Below are positions 9,443-18,922 of a stretch of DNA of 64,000 nucleotides, piece by piece (within the stretch, counting starts at the first letter, position 1; each line of letters begins with the position of its first letter). This DNA comes from Alphaproteobacteria bacterium (GTDB lineage: Bacteria > Pseudomonadota > Alphaproteobacteria > Rs-D84), in NCBI GenBank assembly GCA_017427715.1, contig JAFRSF010000026.1, forward strand, positions 6 through 64,005. The letters run 5' to 3'. The notes under the pieces were generated by a model. That model ran no database searches and was not told the origin of the DNA. It saw only the letters and a list, made by a program, of their open reading frames with translations. Made by a program: the position numbers and the translations under genes.

Positions 9443-10285
9443 ATGTCGAATAAAATAGAATCTTTACAGAATCTTGCTAAAAATGGTGTCATTACACACT
9501 CCAGTCGTTTTCATGCAGATGATATTTTGTCGGCAGCTCTGTTAAAGATTGTTGGTGTTATACCTGATATTTCAGCGATACAGCGTGTTGGTCGGGTTCC
9601 ACAGGATTTTAATGGATTGGCTTTTGATATTGGTGGCGGCGAATTTGACCATCATCAACAAAATGCTGGTATTCGTGCAACTGGCGAAAAGTATGCTGCA
9701 TTTGGTTTGTTATGGAATGCTGTTGGTGCAGAATATATCATAAACAAATATAAAACGGACATACAAACCGCAAAATCTGCCGCTGAAAAATTTGATATGG
9801 ATTTTGTAGTTTCAATGGATTTATCCGATAATCATGGGACCAAGATGTATCCAAACACACTATCTTATTTTATTGCGGCACGAAACGATGTTAAATTTAC
9901 GCCAGAACAAAACAATAAAATGTTTGTGAACATAGCAAACAGCTGTTGTGAGTATTTAGAATCTGCTATTTACAAATCGTACAAATTTACAAAAGATAAA
10001 ATCCAGGCAGATGCTTTGGCGGTTTCCGATTTTATAACATTGCCATTGGATTGCGATATTGATCGTTCCGCATTTGAAGGAACGCGTGTAAAATATATTA
10101 TAAAAGAATCCCATCGTGGCACATACAACATCACAACGGTTGAACCTTATAAGATTCCAGCAGATTATATAAATATGCCCGGCTGTGTTCAGGTATACAG
10201 CATTGGTGCCGCGTTTGATACATATAACAATGCATTGCTTTCCGCACAGAAATTGGTAAAAAATCCACAAATAAAAACAAGATAA
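9443..10285 (+). CDS. MYG1 / UPF0160 family metal-dependent hydrolase
   Basis: Family motifs ITHSSRFHADD and DIGGGEFDHHQQ are present. Confidence 0.7.
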   Translation: MSNKIESLQNLAKNGVITHSSRFHADDILSAALLKIVGVIPDISAIQRVGRVPQDFNGLAFDIGGGEFDHHQQNAGIRATGEKYAAFGLLWNAVGAEYIINKYKTDIQTAKSAAEKFDMDFVVSMDLSDNHGTKMYPNTLSYFIAARNDVKFTPEQNNKMFVNIANSCCEYLESAIYKSYKFTKDKIQADALAVSDFITLPLDCDIDRSAFEGTRVKYIIKESHRGTYNITTVEPYKIPADYINMPGCVQVYSIGAAFDTYNNALLSAQKLVKNPQIKTR

Positions 10286-10291
10286 ATTAAA

Positions 10292-10323
10292 ACCCCAAAG
10301 ATTCAACCTTGGGGTGTTTTTTT
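10292..10323. terminator. Bidirectional intrinsic terminator between convergent genes
   Basis: A hairpin ACCCCAAAG-attcaa-CCTTGGGGT is followed by a T-run. Confidence 0.6.
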
Positions 10324-10365
10324 ATCTGTCCACTTTTTGGGATACAGTTCAAATAGGCGGTTATT

Positions 10366-11118
10366 TTATAATTTCTTATAAACACTTATCACATGACTGG
10401 AACAACCAATCATATCTGACCGTTCTGCTATTTGCAATTGCATCTGTTTGATCTTGTTAAATGTGGCTTGATCCAGTTTATTTGTGTATTCTTTTAATAT
10501 TTCAAATAACCCATCCAATGATATATCAGTTACGTGTTTTAATGTTTTCGGGACTAGTTCATTAAATTCATTTACAAAATATGTGGCATATATATCTTTT
10601 TCTGTTCTGTGTGCATATTTTGCGAAAGCTTTGACATCGCCCTTTATCAATCCGGAACGATAAATGATGGGCGTATTTGTTAAATAATTAAATAAGACAA
10701 AACCACCTTTTTTGCATATTCTGCAAGACTCTTTTATCGCTTGTAATCTTTCCTTGGTTGTAAACAAATGGGACATTGGACCATTCACAAAAACAACATT
10801 AAAACTGTCGGATTTTATAGATGCTAAATCCAAAACATCTGCGCACAATGTATCAAAATTATTCGTTTTTATCTGTTTTGATAATCTATCAAGGTTGTCT
10901 TGGAATAAATCCACCGCGGTAATGTGCTTAGCAATTTTTGATATATCCGGAGAATATGCCCGAATACCAGCCCCAATTTCTGCAACGGAACTGTTGGATT
11001 TTATATACTTTTTAAGATAAGCAATTGTTACAAAACGTTCCAATAATACGTTGTTTTCTGATATAACTGTGCTCTTTGTACGTGCTTTATAGAACTTATC
11101 TAATAATTGTTTTTTCAT
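10366..11118 (-). CDS. Class I SAM-dependent methyltransferase
   Basis: Motif I is VAEIGAGIRAY and the post-I/II region reads VTAVDL...VFVNGPMSHL. Confidence 0.65.
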   Translation of the reverse strand: MKKQLLDKFYKARTKSTVISENNVLLERFVTIAYLKKYIKSNSSVAEIGAGIRAYSPDISKIAKHITAVDLFQDNLDRLSKQIKTNNFDTLCADVLDLASIKSDSFNVVFVNGPMSHLFTTKERLQAIKESCRICKKGGFVLFNYLTNTPIIYRSGLIKGDVKAFAKYAHRTEKDIYATYFVNEFNELVPKTLKHVTDISLDGLFEILKEYTNKLDQATFNKIKQMQLQIAERSDMIGCSSHVISVYKKL

Positions 11119-11133
11119 TATAATAACCTTTTG

Positions 11134-11907
11134 TTATTTCTCTGCCTCGGCTATTTTAGCACGCAGTTCGTTTTCGTTGGCTTGGATCCAAGCATATGAC
11201 CTTTCCATGAAATCATAAATATCTTTGCGTTCCAGATACATCTTTTTCATCGTATCAAATATCAATTCGCCATTTATGGTCATATCGTAAAAATATGAAT
11301 ATGCGATGTAATTTGGCTGTTCTGATAAGTCGTCAATGTCCGAATTTCTGATTATTGTTTCCACAACAATTTCAGACAGCAGCCATTTTAGGTGTGGAGA
11401 ATCATAATCTGCCGGATCGTCTTGAAAATGCTTTTGCCAGAATGTAAACCATGCAAAATGTGTTATTTCGTGTAACGCGGTTGATATGGCCCATTTTGTT
11501 TCAAAATAGTGATAAACATCAAAGCTATGATCCGACACATTTCGTGGACAAATCGGGTTTAATCCGACCTCGGCTGCCATATCATTCAAAATGTCGCTGC
11601 AATCGTTGTCAAACGCAGAACTGTATGCGGCATTAAGTTTACCAGCCACCAGCGCATTCCAACTGTCTTTGAATATTTTGATCGAATTTTCTACGGTTGG
11701 TTGGCGTTTCTGTGCCATGAACTTCATTTGACTGGTAATATAATCAAACCTTTCGGATTCAGACACAGATTTCGCATATTTGTAATTCAATTCCGGATAG
11801 GCATTGAATAATTGTTTTTGCCACCATTCTGGTGTGCCATCTTTCTGATGGAACAAGATAAATTCAATGTCTTCATTAAAATCTTTTTGTTGCCATTTTA
11901 ATTTCAT
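11134..11907 (-). CDS. HExxH-motif protein (putative zinc metallopeptidase-like), unknown family
   Basis: LHEITHFAW, with a downstream LSEIVVE. Confidence 0.5.
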   Translation of the reverse strand: MKLKWQQKDFNEDIEFILFHQKDGTPEWWQKQLFNAYPELNYKYAKSVSESERFDYITSQMKFMAQKRQPTVENSIKIFKDSWNALVAGKLNAAYSSAFDNDCSDILNDMAAEVGLNPICPRNVSDHSFDVYHYFETKWAISTALHEITHFAWFTFWQKHFQDDPADYDSPHLKWLLSEIVVETIIRNSDIDDLSEQPNYIAYSYFYDMTINGELIFDTMKKMYLERKDIYDFMERSYAWIQANENELRAKIAEAEK

Positions 11908-11931
11908 TTAGTACCCACCTTTGTATCAACA

Positions 11932-13551
11932 TCAAAAACTACGTCCATCTTGTTGCATTGAATATATTGTCCCATTATTTTCCAAAGCCAAGGATTTTGA
12001 TAAATTGTCGAGCCATGTTTTGAACTCTGGATCCTTATACAATTCATAGTTTGGATCATCCAACGCAGAAGCCTTGTTAGCTACTTTACCAAAAGAAAAA
12101 ACTGGTTTCTTATCTGTTGAAGTGGACTGTTCTTTTTCAGTTTTCATTCTTTTAATTTCTGTTTCTAATAACTCGCCTTTTAATTCTTTCCAAATATATT
12201 CTCGCAATTTTTCAGACCGGGTATCAGTTCGGAAATCAGCACCTGCAAAAGCAGAAAAATCTAAATCTTTATCTGGTTTTCGACCCAATTCATCCATGAT
12301 TCTGTAATAAATATTTAACATTGAAAGATACGAACAACTGCCATCACCCTTTTCAGTAAACTGGCTTTTATCATGGTAATCAACAACCGTATAGTCCTTG
12401 AAACATTTATCAAAAATCATTTTGAGTTCTTGTGGCATATCAAATCCCGTAGAATCGTGATAAATTATCCTTTTTTTAATCGGATTTATTATCAGTGCAA
12501 CAGCATGCGTTCCAGCAATCACACTTGTGCGTGACAATGGTCTTGGAATAGATATCTGGAATCCCACAATCCTTTTATCTTTTGACGCTTTGTAAAATCT
12601 ATGCATAAATTTTTCTAGCTTGTCTTTATCAAAGAAACTCTTGTAATTTTCTGTATTTTTGACTTTTTTTTGTATCTCTAGCAAATTATCAGCAGATATA
12701 TCTATATCCACAGCTGGATTGTTTATCTTGTCTAAGAACAAATCCATCAACAACATTTCCACATTGTCATAACTAGTCGTTGAACTTATATCCATAATTT
12801 TGCGTTTGGCGGTAATTTGTGCGGCTACTTGTTTGCCAAATTCTTGTTTTTCAAAGTAGTCTTGCAGATAGTAAGCTATCGCCTCAAAAGGTCTTTGTTT
12901 GTATGCTATTAAATCTTCCTCAGTTACAATACCTATCGGGGAATCTGCAATAAAGTTTTCCATGACCGCCGCAACTTTTTGTTCACCTAATGGACTGCGT
13001 TCTGGATGTTTTACATACAAATGATGTGTGTATTCGTGTAAAACTGCACCGATAAAATACTGCAAATCGCCAATATAATTTTTGTTTATATTGATATCGC
13101 CGGTCTTAAAATCGTATTCTGCGCCTTTGCTTTGTGGCATATCTTCTTTCAAGATCAACTTATTTTGGGCAATCCTAAAATGTTTTGCCACATAATTTAT
13201 AAATGTTTGACCGAATTTTAGTTTATTATCAACTGATAATGTATCAAATCGCGTTGCTGCATCGGCTAGATATGTTACTATTATGTCCACTGATATATCA
13301 AACATCCGTCTTGCATATTGTTCACAATGTTCTTGTGTTTCTTTCTGCAATAATTTGATTATAGCATCGTCATACACTTTTCGTTTAGCAACCAATACTT
13401 TTATTTGCTGAAAATTGCCTGTGGCATCGGTCACCAATGGATCTATCTTTCGTTGAATTTCTTTTTTCGATTTTCTTAACGATTGATATTCTTTGGAAAA
13501 ATCTAAATCAAACGGTGATGATTTCATAATTATTCCCTTATTCTTACCCAT
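11932..13551 (-). CDS. Two-domain protein: N-terminal HExxH region plus C-terminal CE-clan (Ulp1-like) cysteine-protease signature
   Basis: The N-terminal region reads LHEYTHHLYVKHPERSPLGEQ...FEAIAYY. The C-terminal region reads THAVALI-(17 aa H to D)-YHDSTG...SQFTEKGDGSCSY, giving His/Asp/Gln/Cys in the order of Ulp1-type proteases. Confidence 0.5.
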   Translation of the reverse strand: MGKNKGIIMKSSPFDLDFSKEYQSLRKSKKEIQRKIDPLVTDATGNFQQIKVLVAKRKVYDDAIIKLLQKETQEHCEQYARRMFDISVDIIVTYLADAATRFDTLSVDNKLKFGQTFINYVAKHFRIAQNKLILKEDMPQSKGAEYDFKTGDININKNYIGDLQYFIGAVLHEYTHHLYVKHPERSPLGEQKVAAVMENFIADSPIGIVTEEDLIAYKQRPFEAIAYYLQDYFEKQEFGKQVAAQITAKRKIMDISSTTSYDNVEMLLMDLFLDKINNPAVDIDISADNLLEIQKKVKNTENYKSFFDKDKLEKFMHRFYKASKDKRIVGFQISIPRPLSRTSVIAGTHAVALIINPIKKRIIYHDSTGFDMPQELKMIFDKCFKDYTVVDYHDKSQFTEKGDGSCSYLSMLNIYYRIMDELGRKPDKDLDFSAFAGADFRTDTRSEKLREYIWKELKGELLETEIKRMKTEKEQSTSTDKKPVFSFGKVANKASALDDPNYELYKDPEFKTWLDNLSKSLALENNGTIYSMQQDGRSF

Positions 13552-13554
13552 GTG

Positions 13555-14637
13555 TTAAAACCGCGTGTTTTTTAACTGGTTATATAATTCATGTTCTATT
13601 TCATACGAACTGATTTCTGTTGCCGATGCATGATATGCTTTTTCATCATCCTTGTGCTGCACATATATTTTATCATCTATTCGTTCTATTTGTGGTCCAA
13701 GAGCCCCTTGTCGTGGCTGTAAAAAATCTAGTGCATGATGCATCTCATGAGCAAAAACCGAGAGTAAGACATAAAACAAATCTTCCGGTTTGCTTTTATA
13801 TGCCAACCTCGAAAAATTTACCCGTACGATCGACTTTCTGATAGTATTAGGATGATTTTTATAATCTTTTAAGAATTCTTCTTTTATCTTTTTTTGTTCC
13901 TCTTCTGGTAGGTCTTGCGGATAAGATATAGAATACACTTTTGACTGAAACCCATTTGTAGTCGGATCGCTTGGTTGTTCGTCTGCTGTATCCCAATCTT
14001 TTACTAACTTTGCGTCTATTTCACAATCATATTCTTCACAAAAATCCTTGTTCAATGCCTCAAATAGTTTATTGTAAGCGGCAATGATTTTTTCTTCACT
14101 TGGATTTTGGACTGTTTCTGGATATTTCTCTATGCTATCTACCCATCTATCTTGAGCATCTGCAAAATATTCTTCGCCGGTTTTTCGTGCTATATCAACC
14201 AAATCTTTATGTTTATTCAACCTGCGTATCCAGTCAGCAGAAAACTGTTTTGCCAAAAGGTATACATTATGAGTTCCGCCTTTGAAACGTTCTCGTATCA
14301 CCTCTGGCTTTTCGTTATTCTTGATCATTCGACTCAATTTTTTATCAAAGGTACTAAAATCGCCACCGATATGTTCCAAATCATCACTTATGGCCAATTG
14401 CACAATTGACATATTCTTTGGTCTGTATTGATCCAGTTGTACAGCTTTTTCCATTTTGGTGGCAAGATCTATTGGTTCATAATTTTGCTGCGTAAGTAAT
14501 ATATGCGCCCCCAGATTAACAGAGTGTATCTGCTGTAACAAATTATCTTTTTCTTCCTGTGTTTTTGCTGCAGCATACGATTTTAATAACTCAATCGTTT
14601 GTTGTGCATTTTGTATTTCAATATTATTGTTATCCAT
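13555..14637 (-). CDS. HExxH-motif protein, paralog of the N-domain of 11932..13551
   Basis: AHEMHHALDFLQPRQGALGPQ...ATEISSYE parallels HEYTHHLYVKHPERSPLGEQ...FEAIAYY in the neighbouring protein. Confidence 0.5.
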   Translation of the reverse strand: MDNNNIEIQNAQQTIELLKSYAAAKTQEEKDNLLQQIHSVNLGAHILLTQQNYEPIDLATKMEKAVQLDQYRPKNMSIVQLAISDDLEHIGGDFSTFDKKLSRMIKNNEKPEVIRERFKGGTHNVYLLAKQFSADWIRRLNKHKDLVDIARKTGEEYFADAQDRWVDSIEKYPETVQNPSEEKIIAAYNKLFEALNKDFCEEYDCEIDAKLVKDWDTADEQPSDPTTNGFQSKVYSISYPQDLPEEEQKKIKEEFLKDYKNHPNTIRKSIVRVNFSRLAYKSKPEDLFYVLLSVFAHEMHHALDFLQPRQGALGPQIERIDDKIYVQHKDDEKAYHASATEISSYEIEHELYNQLKNTRF

Positions 14638-14663
14638 ACCAAACCTCTAAATAATCACTGTCC

Positions 14664-14924
14664 TTACAAAAACTCTTTTTCTTGTACATCTTCTGGAACA
14701 AACCGTAGTGCGATATCCGTTTTGCGTTGTATATGATCCAAATAATCTGTGGTTTCATCCAAATTCTTTAGTGCTAAATCTAAGCTCTTTTTTATCTCTT
14801 CTGACACATCTGGGATATTTTTGATTATATCCTGTGCAATACCAATCACATCCCTTGTTTCTGTTATTGTTTCTTCAATACTAAATTGTTTGGTTGTAAA
14901 CGTTCCAGATTTTACATATTTCAT
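14664..14924 (-). CDS. Hypothetical small acidic protein
   Basis: An 86-aa ORF packed tightly between co-directional genes. Confidence 0.4.
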   Translation of the reverse strand: MKYVKSGTFTTKQFSIEETITETRDVIGIAQDIIKNIPDVSEEIKKSLDLALKNLDETTDYLDHIQRKTDIALRFVPEDVQEKEFL

Positions 14925-15472
14925 CTGCTTTCCCTTTTTATATAAATCAAAGAATCACATTTGCCAACGCACTTGGCCCATGATGCCATCGGCAATCTTT
15001 TATCCAAAGTATATCCATTGCGTTTAGCAAGATTTTCCGAATGAATGTTTCCGTTATCTATATCCAGTGTGATTTTATTAAACCCGAATTTGAATAACTC
15101 TGTTTCCAGCGCAGATAACGCCTCGCTCATATATCCATGCCCATTTGCCGATTTAATCAACCAGTATCCTATTTCACATCCGTTATCTTGGATATTAAAA
15201 AAGCGAATTCGACCAATGATGTTATCATTCAGATAAATATAAAAACACACACCTTGGTTGGTTTTAATTTGATTTGCTCGTTTATTCAAATATGCCACTA
15301 CATCTTCAACGGTTTTTAATTCGCCAAAGTGTGCCTGCCAGTCCATAAAATAATCACGATTCTGATCAATAATGCTCAAAAGCTTTGTTGCGTTTTCTTT
15401 GGTTGGTGCAACCACACGCAACACCAATCGTGGTGTCTTTATCGTTTGTGGAAATTCTGTCAAATTCTTCAT
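14921..15472 (-). CDS. GNAT N-acetyltransferase (RimJ/RimL-like)
   Basis: Size and pattern fit the family: PRLVLRVV...IGRIRF...GYWL...GHGYMSEA. Confidence 0.65.
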   Translation of the reverse strand: MKNLTEFPQTIKTPRLVLRVVAPTKENATKLLSIIDQNRDYFMDWQAHFGELKTVEDVVAYLNKRANQIKTNQGVCFYIYLNDNIIGRIRFFNIQDNGCEIGYWLIKSANGHGYMSEALSALETELFKFGFNKITLDIDNGNIHSENLAKRNGYTLDKRLPMASWAKCVGKCDSLIYIKRESR

Positions 15473-15546
15473 TTTTTATCCTTTATTCTCATAATTATAC
15501 CATATTTTTTGCGATTTTGTATATTTTATGCTATAATAACGGTATT

Positions 15547-16251
15547 ATGATAGACAAACAAAAAGTTCAACGCGTTATTACAAACTTGCTGGATCACGAG
15601 GCCCTGTTTCCGTACGAACAGCACGAGTCTTCTGCCCAGATTTTTTATGATAAATTACTGCAGAATGGTTTTAAACCAACCATTGAGGTTTGTCACGAAT
15701 ACAAATTTCCAAATGGTTATGATGAGGCATCGTTTGAAAAGTATATTTTTCAACAAGCTTATATCCATCTGTTTGATCCGGAACGGGTCACAAACACAGA
15801 AAAATATGTACAAAGGTTTTATGCTGATATGGATGCAGATGTTCCGGAACTGGTACAAAAGGAATATCTTGCCGATTTATTGAAAGTTACCGGTACATTA
15901 TCCGATGAAGAAAAAGCATATGTGGCGGATTATTTTCGAGCTGAACAACCAAAGGCCGTTGGCCGCATGAAAAGTTTCTTGCCGGAATTAAAAAAATTAA
16001 ACCCTGAAATTGATAGTATAAATCCACAATCGGCTTTTGATTTTTACAATCTGTATATCGGTATGACTTCACGATTTCATCTCGAAGATATTAAGTATTT
16101 TTCTAGTCTGACAAATTTTGATGAGGCAGATAAAAATCAACGTAAGCTCGAAGATGCTTTGGGTTTCGGTCCTGGTTTCAGAATCGCCCCACATCGTATA
16201 CAACAATTGATTGATGGAATTATTGCACAAAAACAAAATAAAAAGGATTGA
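15547..16251 (+). CDS. Hypothetical protein
   Basis: I chose the ATG at 15547 (MIDKQKV). The listed upstream extension (15385) is a hydrophobic, low-complexity read-through of the divergent promoter region. Confidence 0.5.
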   Translation: MIDKQKVQRVITNLLDHEALFPYEQHESSAQIFYDKLLQNGFKPTIEVCHEYKFPNGYDEASFEKYIFQQAYIHLFDPERVTNTEKYVQRFYADMDADVPELVQKEYLADLLKVTGTLSDEEKAYVADYFRAEQPKAVGRMKSFLPELKKLNPEIDSINPQSAFDFYNLYIGMTSRFHLEDIKYFSSLTNFDEADKNQRKLEDALGFGPGFRIAPHRIQQLIDGIIAQKQNKKD

Positions 16252-16253
16252 TT

Positions 16254-16799
16254 ATGAATCGTGCTATCAAATTAAAATTAAAAAATGGGAAAATTGTGAC
16301 AATTCGCCGTCTACGCGCGGAAGATTATGATGCTGTTGTAAAATATTATAAAGAATTTAATAATGGCCCTAGTGCAAAAATGGTATTTGAATATCCGGGA
16401 TCCCCGGTAAGCACAAAGGAACATATGGTAAATAAATGGGAAAACAAAAATAATCTATGTATTGCTGCGTTTGATGGCAATAAAATTATTGGGTGCGCCC
16501 AAATTTGCAAAATAATGCCCGATCATCCTTTTTCTGGCCGCAATGCTATAACAGGAACCACCATGTTGGAAAAATATACATCTAATGGATTAGGAACAAA
16601 ATTCAAGCAGATTGTTGAAAAATGGGCGCATGAGAATAATGTCCATAAATTGGTTGCCGAAACCTTTCATAAAAACAACCGTTCCGTTGGAAATTTGTTA
16701 AAAAATGGTTATGAAATTGTCGGTATATTACATGATGTAGCTTTTATAGATGGCGAATGGTATCATCAGTATAATTTGGAAAAAATATTAGAAAAATAG
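16254..16799 (+). CDS. GNAT N-acetyltransferase (paralog of 20270..20815)
   Basis: The ATG at 16254 is preceded by AAGGA. The N-terminus MNRAIKLKLKNGKIVTIRRLRAEDY nearly matches MNRSIKFKLKNGKFITIRRTRGADY. Confidence 0.7.
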   Translation: MNRAIKLKLKNGKIVTIRRLRAEDYDAVVKYYKEFNNGPSAKMVFEYPGSPVSTKEHMVNKWENKNNLCIAAFDGNKIIGCAQICKIMPDHPFSGRNAITGTTMLEKYTSNGLGTKFKQIVEKWAHENNVHKLVAETFHKNNRSVGNLLKNGYEIVGILHDVAFIDGEWYHQYNLEKILEK

Positions 16800-16803
16800 A
16801 AAC

Positions 16804-16826
16804 AACCGCCATTTTGGCGGTTTTCT
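16804..16826. terminator. Intrinsic terminator between convergent genes
   Basis: A hairpin AACCGCC-atttt-GGCGGTT followed by TTCTG. Confidence 0.5.
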
Positions 16827-16827
16827 G

Positions 16828-17283
16828 TTATTTGCTTTTGGAATGTTCACGCAGATATTTTTGTATTCCTACTTTGTATTCCCAATATGGCAGTTCTTTG
16901 ACTTCCGGTTCCTTTTCAACAAAGATTTTGCACCAAACAATCATAAAATTGAACATATCAGATAAAGCCTGGATATCTTGAACGTTTGCCGACTTTACCC
17001 TGCGTTGTTCCAGATCGTATTCGCAATTGATTGTTGCATGTGCAGCACAAGTAAATTTATCGTTTTCTTTATGGGTTTCTACGTTTGTAAAACCAACCTT
17101 GCGCAAACAATCCGTAGCAAAATCCGCGGCTATTTCCGTTCTGAACGGGTCACGTGGATAGAATAATAATTTGGCAGACAATGTATCGCCATACACCTTG
17201 AAATGGCCCATTGTCTTCAATGTTTCGCACAAATGTTCTATATCTCTTGTGTATCTGTATCCAGGGTTAATTTCTCTTGCCAT
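16828..17283 (-). CDS. Hypothetical protein
   Basis: I chose the start at 17283 (MAREINPG) because a strong GGAGG lies 6 nt upstream. The longer listed ORF overlaps the upstream gene. Confidence 0.5.
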   Translation of the reverse strand: MAREINPGYRYTRDIEHLCETLKTMGHFKVYGDTLSAKLLFYPRDPFRTEIAADFATDCLRKVGFTNVETHKENDKFTCAAHATINCEYDLEQRRVKSANVQDIQALSDMFNFMIVWCKIFVEKEPEVKELPYWEYKVGIQKYLREHSKSK

Positions 17284-17299
17284 ATCAACCTCCTGTTGT

Positions 17300-18109
17300 T
17301 TATTTTTGACCACGTGTAAATCTTTCCATGATACTATGCAATGTTTGCGATGTTGCATCTTCATATTCGTGGCGCAAATGTCTTAATTTTTCTTTCAAGT
17401 CCGCAGGTATAACATTGTTTTCGTCACGTATACCTTGTCCGTCAAAGGTCAAATATCCATTTGCTATTGTATTAAATGTTTTTGAATACTGTTTTGGCGG
17501 TTCCCAATTGTGCATCAAAGTGCTTTCTGCATTTCTGGCCATAAATTTAAAACCAATCAGACCAGCAACTTGATTCACATGTCTTGGAATATATACAGAT
17601 TTACGTTCCAACAAATCATCTATCCCATGAGAAACAGCATTGCAAACTTCTTTGTGGGTTGGTTTATCATGTTTCAAATATGCTGTGGCATAGGCCGAAA
17701 CCTCATCAAAAGCATACAGACCTGTCATTTCATAATAATTGGTCACAACAAACAATGGATTACCAAACCTATCATTTTTCATGTGTTTGGCCTCATGTTT
17801 GATTGTGTTGTCCTCGGTTGCACGCATAAATTCTATATCTTGGATTATTTGGTCTTCTGGATCCAAATGCAAATATGGATCAATAACGTATCTGTACACA
17901 ACAACGTATTTGGCACCGTTCACATGATCACCACCGACAAACTGTGCGCGTCCGGAACGATACGCATCCACATTGTTCGCGTTTATTATGCGTTCAACGT
18001 ATTTCACTTCCGGTTTTTCATCTGCTGTTTTTGCCGGCATAACAATGACAGGCGAGTCTTTGACCGCCTTGCGTTGAAATAAATTAAAAAATCTGTCTAT
18101 AATAGTCAT
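17300..18109 (-). CDS. HExxH-motif protein (fourth member of the local family)
   Basis: KHEAKHMKNDRF...FDEVSAYA. Confidence 0.45.
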   Translation of the reverse strand: MTIIDRFFNLFQRKAVKDSPVIVMPAKTADEKPEVKYVERIINANNVDAYRSGRAQFVGGDHVNGAKYVVVYRYVIDPYLHLDPEDQIIQDIEFMRATEDNTIKHEAKHMKNDRFGNPLFVVTNYYEMTGLYAFDEVSAYATAYLKHDKPTHKEVCNAVSHGIDDLLERKSVYIPRHVNQVAGLIGFKFMARNAESTLMHNWEPPKQYSKTFNTIANGYLTFDGQGIRDENNVIPADLKEKLRHLRHEYEDATSQTLHSIMERFTRGQK

Positions 18110-18149
18110 ACCGATATTATAGACAAATCTTTTTAATTGTCAAGACAAA

Positions 18150-18911
18150 TTAACTTATAAACTCAGCAAGTTCCAGCGCAATCTCAAAATGTTGCGCATC
18201 GTGTTGAGTGCCCTCAACCTGGCCTTCAAAGGCATGACGTTCGTCCCATTCTGGTGCATCAAGTAAATCGCCACTTGTGAAAAATACATAAAAATCAAGT
18301 CCGCGGAAGTCGCACATTGCTTGGACCGCCGCACTTTCCATTTCTACACTGATACATCCGGCCGCCTTGCGTTTCTCAAAGTTGCCACGTGTTTCGCGAT
18401 AAAAAGAATCTGTTGTCCAAGTCTTTCCGCGTACAAATGGTAATTTGCTTTGTTCCATAAATTCACATACTTTCTCGCAATTACGAATTTCGACCCAATC
18501 ACTTGCAGGCATATAATGATAGGATGTTCCCTCATCTCGCCATGCTGCGTTTGGCACCATAACTTTGCCGCGTGCGATTTCTTTATTTAAGCAACCTGCA
18601 CCACCGAAAAGGATATATTTTTTTGTCTTGATACATCCAAAGGAATCTTCAATTGAACCAACGCATGCAGGAGCACCAACATATGTCTTGAAAAATGCGA
18701 ACTTTTTCCCATTTCTTTCAATAAGCCATACTGGTGTCAAACCTGTGGCAAAATGAAGTTCACCAATTTGTGTATGATCAAAATGAGACAACACATATTC
18801 TTCTATTTTATACGAAAAAGTAACTATACAGGCATCAACAATCACCGCATTTGGGTTTTCTGTTGGGTTTATAATCGCCGGTGTGGCATTATCAAAAGCA
18901 TCTGTTATCAT
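18150..18911 (-). CDS. Nucleoside phosphorylase (PNP/UDP-1 superfamily)
   Basis: GGAGCLN and VEMESAA motifs are present, and the 253-aa length fits the family. Confidence 0.65.
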   Translation of the reverse strand: MITDAFDNATPAIINPTENPNAVIVDACIVTFSYKIEEYVLSHFDHTQIGELHFATGLTPVWLIERNGKKFAFFKTYVGAPACVGSIEDSFGCIKTKKYILFGGAGCLNKEIARGKVMVPNAAWRDEGTSYHYMPASDWVEIRNCEKVCEFMEQSKLPFVRGKTWTTDSFYRETRGNFEKRKAAGCISVEMESAAVQAMCDFRGLDFYVFFTSGDLLDAPEWDERHAFEGQVEGTQHDAQHFEIALELAEFIS

Positions 18912-18922
18912 TGTATATCCTT

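Noticed and set aside
17510-18082. A 190-aa plus-strand ORF opposite 17300..18109
   Set aside because: It is hydrophobic and Cys/Phe-rich, as antisense translations usually are. The minus-strand gene fits the tightly packed operon.
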